From positions 2,257,620-2,321,619 of the forward strand of contig BDGG01000004.1 of the NCBI GenBank assembly GCA_001949185.1: a DNA stretch of 64,000 nt, written 5' to 3'. Source of the DNA: Ramazzottius varieornatus (taxonomy: Eukaryota > Animalia > Tardigrada). Every line of letters starts with the position of its first letter. Positions within the stretch are counted from its first letter, which is position 1. The notes beneath the pieces are model-generated. The model did not search any database. It was not told the DNA's origin and saw nothing but the letters and a program-made list of their open reading frames with translations. Shown in pieces: positions 55,401-64,000 of the stretch. The position numbers and the translations under genes were made by a program.

Positions 55401-57597
55401 TACGGAGTTCGGAATGCAGTATTTGTCATAAAGAAACTTGACCCGGTTGATTACCAAAGAACTATATTCGCTTTTTAGGCAGCGGACGAGAACATTGAAC
55501 TGAGGGACTCTATGGAAGTTTACAAAGAAAACCAAAATCATCTTGCCTACGAGGTAAAAAAGTAATCTGGTTCTTCGCGTTCGAACAGGTAAATTGTAGT
55601 GTTGTGAGGTGCAAGTCGTTCCCCTTTGCTTAGCTTATACAGCTACAAGACAAGTATGATGCGCTCAGTGGTCACGCGCATAGTCTGGAAGACCAGCTGA
55701 AAGGTCTTCGGAAGACGGACGGGTACCTCCAGTCATGGGCTGACATGTCTTGCACCGTCTCGCGTTTCTCCAAAGTGGACTCGTTGGCCACAGAGCTCGA
55801 TAACTCGTTACATCACGTTTATAACTCTGTGGGGTTTTCGGAGGACGAACAGGAGTGAGTTACGGCATGACTACTTTCTCCCTGTGTCGGTTCCATGTAC
55901 CAATGGCTGTAAGCCTAAAGTTGTTTGATTACAGGGATCAGTTCCAGAAAGTTATGGATGTTGTCCGACTTGTCAACGTTCACCCGTGCCGGGCACAGAC
56001 GACATCCACTTCCGTCAACTCAAGTTCGGCCTCCATCATGAGCGCCACTTCCTCCGCGGAACCCTCCCCGAGAAAACTGGACAGTGGTAGAACTTCGACC
56101 AGTGAAACACTGTGAGCAAACAATTTCGAAATTCCTGGGTCAACAGCCTTTTGAAATATCTAGATTGAACTGACAGTCTGACGTGACAAGAGAAAGGAAA
56201 AATTCAGTAATCATGAATTCAGGCAAACGCGGATTAGTGGAGGACGGTACCACGCACGATTCTTCCACGAACCTGCATGCACGAGCACAGCGGTGCAGAT
56301 AAGATAAAGTGTATGCAGGTACACGATGGGACTGGGCTTATGCGACGCCGACCTGCCACTTATAAGTGAATTCGGTGGAGTGACCGAGATTATGTTCTAT
56401 TAAAGTTCTTATAGGAGTGTGCCTCTCGGGAGCTACTTCGGAGGTAGAGAACCACGAAGCATGTCGGAATCGAGACCCAGCAGCTCTTCCGCCGACGATG
56501 GCATCTGTGATAAAACCTTCGTCAGCAACGTGCTTTCATTCGACCACAGGAGCTGTGCAACACCGGACAGTGCGTTGTCCTTAGGTTCAGCTAGCGAGTC
56601 GTCCTTCACTCCGCGATCCAGCGGCGGTTATGACATGTCCACCAAGCTCCAGCTGATCAAGCCCATGGAAGGCTCGCAGATTTTGCTCAAGTGGCAACAA
56701 CTGGCCACGCCGCATCTCGGCGGTTTCCTCGAATCTCGTCCTGGAATCATGATTAAAGGACAGAACGTCATGGCGGATGAAATCATTGCGGAAGCTCGGC
56801 GGAGTAGGGGAAACGATCTTTCTTCGATGGAAAAACTTCCTTGTGTCCAGCGGGAAGTGCAGACAAAGCCCAACTACACCTTCACCACATCGAACTGCGG
56901 CGAAGCTGCGAAATCTTCCAGCTCCATTTTCAGGTGCGTACAAGTAAGGTTCTGCAGTGAAATATCCGTTCGAGAAACTGCGCAACAAGCACTTCCGGTT
57001 GGCGGCATGAACTTGACTGGTACTGAAGAGTACTCAGGGCCGTGCCCAAAGCGGAAGTAGGCCTGTGTAGACTCCAAAGTGTTGGACCGAAGTCTGAGCA
57101 TGAGGGACTGATGTACAAAATATTCTGAAATGAACGAGTAAGTTGGAACGTGCTTGCTTTGCAGCATGGATATTCTGAAGTCGAGCAAGTTCAAGCCAAA
57201 TTTCACTCCTGTGTTCCCAACGGTCGAACCTTCCTCTAGTCCCGGTCCTAGTCTCACGGACGTCTTGCATACCGACAGGAAGTCTTCCTTTCTCTCAACT
57301 TGTGATATTCCACCTACGCAGAGGATAGACCCTCTTTCTATACCGGAGACAACGAACGAGCCATGCCGAAGTAGGCACACTTCCGGGAGCCTGTCTTCCG
57401 CATCGCGGTCTCCTTCGCCCACTATGTCCGACTTGCCTTCTGAACGTCGAGCCTTTCAGACATTGTATCCTCGATCTCCTTTCCAGAATTCAGCCAAGAC
57501 TTTGCAGATGATGGCTCGCCAGAAGGCGGCACATTCAGTTCCTCCTAGCTGCATTGCACAAGCAAAGATATTCAAGAAAAGTTCTGCCGCTCCATGA
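52473..57597 (+). CDS. TRAK1: Milton/TRAK trafficking kinesin-binding protein (HAP1_N plus Milton domain); first exon inferred
   Basis: LLGE|KEKDLELAARIGQSLLSKN; LTQLRHELSMNKDLLKIY; LQERLQQLEDENFRLR; DSLATEL; KLQLIKPMEGSQILLKWQQLATPHLGGFLESRPGIMIKG. Confidence 0.92.
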
Positions 57598-58205
57598 TGC
57601 TGATGGTTTGGTGTTTTAAAGAAATACATTTCCCCCTGGATTTTTGTTTTGTTTTGTTTTTGAGTTCTGTATGATACAGTATTTCAAGTTGGTGGTTTGA
57701 GCTTGTTTGAAAGGTGATGTGTTTTGTACATTCGTATTTGCGTCGATGATAAATCTGAATCTCAAATTTTCGCTCTGCCGCCGATTCGAAATACCGAAGG
57801 CGCATGCATATCCTAATGAGCGGCGCGCATCTGTAACTTTACATTAACCAGGAGTAGTGTGCGCCAACAGGACTTCAGCAAAAGAGATCGATCGTCAGCA
57901 CCAACTGCTCGGAACACGGAAGAGTCTAGGACCGGGCCTGACGCCCGTTAAGACTTGAAATTTCAGTTGACTTGACGGTAATATGACATTACACATCGCA
58001 GTGGTATGACGTGACTTGATCTGACTTGAGTCATCTTTGTTTGTGTTCTTTGTGTGTATAGTCAGAATTTTTTTGTGATGCCAATACACAATCTTGAGTC
58101 TTCTGAAGACTGCACTCTGGACAGTTCATCGTGAATCCTTCTCTGCCAGGTCTCAGGGGTGTTTCGTCCGTCTTCTTCCTTTTAGGGGAGACAAGTCGTT
58201 CGATA

Positions 58206-60543
58206 ATGGCCAAATTGACGTCCGACGCGTCGGACCAGCAGGATGAGCACGGGCCGAACGGTCAGCGATGGCCGAATGGAGGCCAAGCAGGAGCGCAAGC
58301 TAACGGCAACGGGCAGCCTCTGGTATTCGGGTTTCCTTCTGCGAACCTTTTTGTGGGAGCTCACGCACCTTCAATGCAACCGATCGAGCAACAGGATTCA
58401 TCTAGCGATATGATCCAGCCATTCGCAACCACAACGTTCGTCAGTGCCTCTCAATCCTTCAATCAACATGTGAACATGCGCCAAGTGCCATCTTCATCCA
58501 CACTGACCACTCCGCTGAGCAGCAACGGATCCTCACTGCAAATGCACCATCCTCCAATGCCACTTCACTTGGTGAACAACAGAAACGGCTCCGGGGCTGT
58601 GATTAATCTTCTGGGACAAGTGATCGGGGAAGATATGGCGGAAAATGATATTGAAATGGGTAAGTCTCTGGCGGTGGAATCGTCGTGACGAACGCGACGA
58701 ACGACTGTATCGTTACTCTGACTGTATATATGCAACTGAATTTACCTCGTTTTTTTATTAGGCTCCTCTTCACCATCGCGAGCTGTACACTCGGCCATTT
58801 CTCATAACTTCGGATCGAGCACAACACAAGGTGAATACCGTGAATTCATGAATGCTGGGTTACAGAATACGTTACGTACAACGATCTGTTTTATAGGCGA
58901 AATAAGTCAGAACAATACTGTTTCAAGTCTCTCGTCACGCAACCCTTCTGGGCGCTCCGAACTCTTTAATTTCTTTGCTGCGATGCAAGAGCCTAGTCGG
59001 CCAAGTTCCGTTTTCGCCATCTCCCGAAGCCAGACTCCAGGCAGTCCGGCCGAACGCCCAGCTCAGACTCTAGCGACTAGTTCTGCTGGAAGACCAATCC
59101 AGTCTCCCCTCGCGAACAACAAGGGTCCTGGCTGCTTGTCAATATCTGCAGCATCCTCACGTGGTCTAGCAGCCGGAAAAGTCGTTAAGCGACCCAGGGA
59201 CCTTCTTCTGCACATGATTAGAGGAAGAACGGTCTTTGAAACTTCTAACGGCCAAATGTTCACGGTATGTCAACCTGTGCTATCTATTCTTGTGTAATTC
59301 TGATAGCCAGTCAATTGTGCTACATTCACCGGTATACAGCCTGAGCATATTGCTTACATCAATGCGTACTACGCCGGTGATAAACAAGCAGCAGATCTCA
59401 ATGAAATCCTGGCCGAACCCAGCTCTCCGGATTCTGTACCTAGTCAGGAGGATCCTTCAAGGAGTACGCACAATCCCAGTCGCTTTTCTTACTGTCGATG
59501 AAAGCTTTTCATCTTTTCTACCGCGTCTTACAGATCAAACTTGTCAACTGTGCCGAACCCGCGATCCCTCGGTGCTCCCGGGCGGTGACTCGAAACTGTG
59601 TACGCAATGTTTGAACGCTGATCTGGAACTTCCGGTTTCATCCACTAGGCCAGTCCCCTCGAATAGTAAGCAGGCACCTTCGCCAGGCCCTAAAGCTGGC
59701 CGAAAAGGTGTTTTGGACGCAGTACCAGCTCGTGCTGACCATCGACCAGGTACATACCTGAATTCTAATAAGTGCCGAACTGATCATAGAGCGATAATGT
59801 AGTCTCGGCTTTATAAGGTGATAACTGCACCGATCCTGTGGTAACTTTTACTATTCCATGGGTTTTTTCAGTAATAGGTGATCTCGAGCGTCCGGCGATT
59901 GCTCCCGAAAAGTTGTTCGGAAGCGCAATAAGACCGAACCACGACCTATCGTCGTCTCCTCAGCGCATTCCCTTGCGTAAAGTAGTCGAGCCTTCTCTTG
60001 CAGTAACCAAGCCCGCAAGACTAACTAGTGCGGGCAGTTTGCCGAGTACCTCTGCCACATCCGAAGAACCATCGACTTCATTCGAACTTAACATGACGGT
60101 AGGTTGCCAGTTCCGAGGTTCCCTGGCACTTGGTACAAAACTTTGTTTTTCTGTTTCAGGGTTCCAGTAATTTTCGCGGACATGCCTTCCTAACGGTGTT
60201 GTTGAAGAAGAAGCCGGACATTGGGCAGTGGCTGGTAAGTCGAAATTTTCGCTTTATGGCCTTGTTGTACCAGTTTTGCATGCTGAAAGTACGCCGACCG
60301 AAACTACTGTTGTTGCAGGTATCGGACGTCGGGATATTTTTGAGGTCTCTGCGCGGAATGGACAACTTCGCGCAGAAGTTCGTGGATGGCGAAGTCGATG
60401 GGCATGCACTCTGCTTGCTGGACGCCGATAATATGGTAAAAGATATGGGCATGTCCAAATGCCTAGCTTACAAAATACTTCTCATGGTCCGACGACTCAA
60501 AGATAACTCTTTCAAGCTGGAAGATAACTTGCAGCTTCTCTAG
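58206..60543 (+). CDS. Divergent Polyhomeotic-like protein (Q/S/P-rich region, HD1-like, FCS-like finger, C-terminal SAM)
   Basis: HD1-like RPRDLLLHMIRGRTVFETSNGQMF; CQLC-x15-CTQC finger; SAM IGQWL|VSDVGIFLRSLRGMDNFAQKFVDGEVDGHALCLLDADNMVKDMGMSKCLAYKILLMVRRLK. Domain order is that of Ph/PHC. Confidence 0.72.
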
Positions 60544-60720
60544 TCAACTTTGCATGAACCGAACACATTTTTTCCGAGGGCTTTTTGTTGTTCTTAATTT
60601 TTTTACTAGTTTGGCAGACGGCAGAGTGAAATGTCGTACTGCAGTTTTTGCAGTTATCAGTTTCACAAACCAAAGTCATTTTGAAAAAGTACCTTGCAAG
60701 TGAGACTATTTCTATTCTCA

Positions 60721-63084
60721 CGAGGGGATTATGCCTGTCCCCACCTCTTTTTGGTCAAACTGTCCTGGCGGAACGAGAGAGGAGAGTCTCTTCTAGGATC
60801 TGAGCCAGTGAGCTAAATCCCGCGTCGATCCTGGAACAAACTACAGGGACGCGGGAGTGACGTCAAAAGTAGGGCGGTATATAAGCAGAGTAATGAACAA
60901 TCAAGACTTGATTGTTCGATGGTTGATTCGGTTGTTGATTGAGCCTGTGCTTCCTGCTCATCAAGTTTTCTGTTGTTTTTCAACCTTCTCTCATTTGCTC
61001 ATTCATTCCTGCGCTTCTCTCAAATGGAATCCATCAACTTGCTGAATGTTATCAAGCTGCTGGAATGGGACTACAAACTGCACTACCGTATCGACGACTT
61101 TCCAAGTGAAGCTGACAGGCAGTTCAACGACATAGTTAAAGGTAATCTTGCTGTGCACTGGAGCTCAAAAACAAAAAAGATACTAATTTGATTCGTAATC
61201 TTTCCTAGATTTCATCGACTCGAAGATCACCGAAAGTGTTACTCTTGTGTATGCCGTTGAAGAAGACCTCCAGTATGATCTGCAGATCCGCCTCGAGTTA
61301 TTTGAAGATTACGAAGCATCTGTTGTCCAGTGCAACCTGCTGACTGGCCGGAGTGAAGCTGACTTCGACGTTACGGAACCTGATAGACTGCTTGAGCCTG
61401 TTTCCAGCGGAACTGAACCTTCTTCCCATGAGCTATACATCCCACGACTTCCTAACCCCAAGCGTCCAGTGGATCAGTTAGTCAACTTGGAATACAAGAA
61501 ACGTGCGGTTACATACTGGAGAAACGCCGTGAAGAAGAAGCGTCTCACGTTGGCCACTGTTCAGAGAAGTTTTGGTAAAGTAACCAGCATACGGCAACTG
61601 TACGACTGGGAGAAGCAGGTAGTAGAAGGCGGTTCCAGGCTGGACAAGTTGAAGGCTCTACGTTTGGATGTCGGTAAGCAGTTCTTCCTCGCTAAAAGGA
61701 AAAAGCAAGTTGTCAAGGATTTGGACTCACGTCGATGGGCTCTCACTGCGAACGAAACGGTGAACTTGGCCGGTTTCACTGCTTCCCCAGACTGGATCGG
61801 AAAACTCAAACGGTACCAACAGTTTTTTGTGCTTCGATTTCTTTCAAAAACGAAATTATTATTTTCTAGATGTTATGGGATCGTTGACCGGAAAATAACC
61901 AAGTTCGTCGCCAAGAAATCCATACAAGAAGCGCCTCACGTCAAGGAAAGTGCTGAAGCCTGCGTTGCGCTTGTCAGATCAAGGATCGCAGAGTACGGGT
62001 TAGACTGTCTGTGGAATGCGGATCAGTCAGGCTTTAAATATGAGATGAGACCAGGAAGAACTTTGGGAACTGCTGGAGTAAAACGCGTGGAAGCGATCAC
62101 CCAGTCAGAGAATTCCATGACCCATAGCTACACTGTGATGATGGCGGTCTCCCTGAGCAGGCCTAAGTTTCTTCCTGTTCTTTTCCTAATGCTGAGAGAA
62201 GAGAAAGGAGTGTTTGGTCCAATCGTGTCGAGAACGATGTTCAAGGCTGATAATGTGTATGTCACTGCTTCGACATCTGGGAAGATGACCAAGAAGCTCT
62301 ACTTAGATTGGTCAGAAAAAGTTCTTTTCCCTCATATGGAAGAGCGGTGCATTTTCTTGGCCGACTCGTGGAAGACCTTCACCGATCAAGATTCTGTGAT
62401 GGAAATGAAACCTGGAAGAGCTGGAGTACGAAATGCTGACCATCCCTCCGAACGTTACCGGTCAAATTCAACCGCTGGATGTGTTATGCTTTAGGATGTA
62501 CAAAGGCTGCTTCAAGAAGATATCCGACTTTGTCTTTTTGCACGATTTACCAGTTCAAGTGCATCGTCGCGATGTGATTTTGAGATTGCACTCTTTGCTG
62601 TATCAACAGTTTCAGTCGCCCAGGTTCGAAAATTCGATAGCTGAAGCTTGGCATAAGTCGGGATATACCGACGAACGTTTCATGTATGTTAATCTAGCCA
62701 AGTTTATGTTTGATAAGCTGAAAGGCAGTTGTCTTCACGAGAACTGCAGAGACATTGTTCTTTTAGTTTGCGGGTGGTGCAAGGCCCGTCTTTGCTTCCA
62801 TCACTTTTTTGACGCTCATTATTTCTGTACTATCTATTTGCCGTAACAAGTTTGTTTACTGATGGGTTTCAGGGTTTGTTTCTTAGGTCTAACGTGGACG
62901 TACAAGACATCACGTTTCTTCGTTATTGGCATAAATTTCTGACGTCACTCCCGAGTCCCTGTAGTTTGTTCCAGGATCGACGCGGGATTTAGCTCACTGG
63001 CTCAGATCCTAGAAGAGACTCTCCTCTCTCGTTCCGCCAGGACAGTTTGACCAAAAAGAGGTGGGGACAGGCATAATCCCCTCG
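60721..63084 (+). mobile_element. Full-length Tc4/Tc5-type (pogo-related) DNA transposon, 2364 bp, 145-bp TIRs, 3-bp TCA TSD
   Basis: TIRs 60721-60865 and 62940-63084 (1 mismatch). TCA at 60718-60720 and 63085-63087. Internal transposase present. Confidence 0.95.
61024..62846 (+). pseudogene. DD37D transposase with two introns and a +1 frameshift
   Basis: HTH_Tc5-like region (FTASPDWIGKLKR), WNADQSG, THSYT, SGKM, FLADSW, IPPNVTGQIQPLDV, C-terminal CxxxxC..CGWC..LCFHHF. Introns at 61142-61208 and 61813-61869. An extra G at cctggaagag (about 62414) breaks the frame between the 2nd and 3rd Asp. Confidence 0.88.
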
Positions 63085-63309
63085 TCAATATGAGCAGTGA
63101 GCAGAGTGGGTCAGTAAGGCGTGGCCAGCTGACGTCATATGGAGCGCGTCATGGAACTAAGGAATATCCGCAGACGACCAGTCAACGCACAGAATCTCTA
63201 GCTTTGACAATTTTTATTGGCCGATTGAAGGCAGTTTTGATTTCGTTCCCGCTCCATACATCTCAAACTAGCCCCGCCTTACTGATCTACTCTGCCCACT
63301 GCTCATATA

Positions 63310-63460
63310 CTGTAGTGCTACCAAATTATCGCGCACTCAACCACGTGACGAGTAATTTGCCCAGTACGATCAGATGAATCATTGTAGCCTCACCGACTCT
63401 CACCGGGGCAACCTTTTGCTGTTCACTGGTTGAGTGCGCGATAATTTGGTAGCACCACAG
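63310..63460. mobile_element. MITE, 151 bp, 34-bp TIRs
   Basis: CTGTAGTGCTACCAAATTATCGCGCACTCAACCA (63310-63343) and its inverse at 63427-63460 with 1 mismatch. Flanks are TA (left) and CA (right). Confidence 0.82.
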
Positions 63461-63679
63461 CAGTAGATCCAAAGTCGAGATTTGCGAAAGAGTGATCCGC
63501 ACGAAGGAAACAAACGACAGCAAAGACGATATGATTAAATTTTCAGTCAAGGCGCTGCGAGTCGGGTAGCGCTCTTCGTTTTTCGTGTGGAAAACAGAAC
63601 ATTAATGTTAGACTTTGCTATGCGTGTGACACTCGAAGACAATGGTATTTAAACTTAACAGGGCTGAAGCAACATACCT

Positions 63680-63900
63680 TCAGCCCTGGAGAACACGTTT
63701 GGCCGCGGCTTGCAGTTCCTTCAGTCCCAGTTTATCGGCAAAGAACAGGAAAGTTCCAGCCTGGCTTTTGTCCCTAGCGCAACCTGCCATGCCTTTATCG
63801 CAGATCTTTTTCAAGTCTTCCACCTGGTACTCGTCGGCTGCCGTCAGCAGCTCCAGATCCGTCCTCCCAGATAATGCCCGTTTTGAAGCCGCTGGAAAAG
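63680..63900 (-). CDS. 3' end of a BTB/POZ (SPOP-like) protein; gene continues beyond the window
   Basis: LELLTAADEYQVEDLKKICD...TFLFFADKLGLKELQAAA matches the BTB end LLxAADKYxxxxLKxxC followed by the first BACK-like helix. Confidence 0.75.
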
Positions 63901-64000
63901 ACATTGCGCAGTTACTTACTTTACACAGCCAATACTGTTTCAGAAAGGAACACATTTTAAGACTGCAAACCAGAACCAAGAATCGCAGTGACTTCGCATG

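Noticed and set aside
48539-60543. Proximity of the EHMT-CRR gene and the Ph-like gene as a chromatin-silencing cluster
   Set aside because: They are separated by Milton, and neighbouring genes in compact animal genomes are generally unrelated. No evidence of co-regulation.
62405-62435. Programmed frameshift in the transposase
   Set aside because: No slippery heptamer. A single-base insertion or sequencing error is simpler.

Overview
Gene-dense animal genomic DNA with mostly 55-100 nt GT-AG introns. The compactness and an E74-type ETS gene suggest an ecdysozoan, possibly a tardigrade (inference only). The ORF track fragments most genes, so I reassembled exons by hand. Left to right: 3' part of an intronless, bacterial-type GH114/TM1410-like glycoside hydrolase; an unidentified minus-strand gene; RASSF7/8-like; TTC17; importin-alpha (alpha-1 class); ZDHHC9/14/18-like palmitoyltransferase with a transposon-filled last intron; NAT9; KLF6/7 (luna); BRI3; Chibby; E74/ELF ETS factor with a 7.3-kb first coding intron; a large low-complexity gene (possibly smallish/LMO7-like); an RS-rich gene ending in a G9a/GLP-type cysteine-rich domain; Milton/TRAK; a divergent Polyhomeotic; a full-length but frameshifted Tc4/Tc5-type DD37D transposon; and the 3' end of a BTB gene. 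Five MITE copies and a PIF/Harbinger-like element are also present. Most interesting: (1) an EHMT-type cysteine-rich domain detached from ankyrin/SET and fused to an RS region; (2) a Polyhomeotic with altered SAM and FCS motifs; (3) a probably horizontally acquired GH114-like gene apparently lacking its catalytic Glu; (4) a 4-aa insertion in the KLF6 TGEKP linker caused by a shifted splice acceptor; (5) RORE and ETS motif clusters in the E74 intron. All family calls come from recalled motifs; no database search was run.
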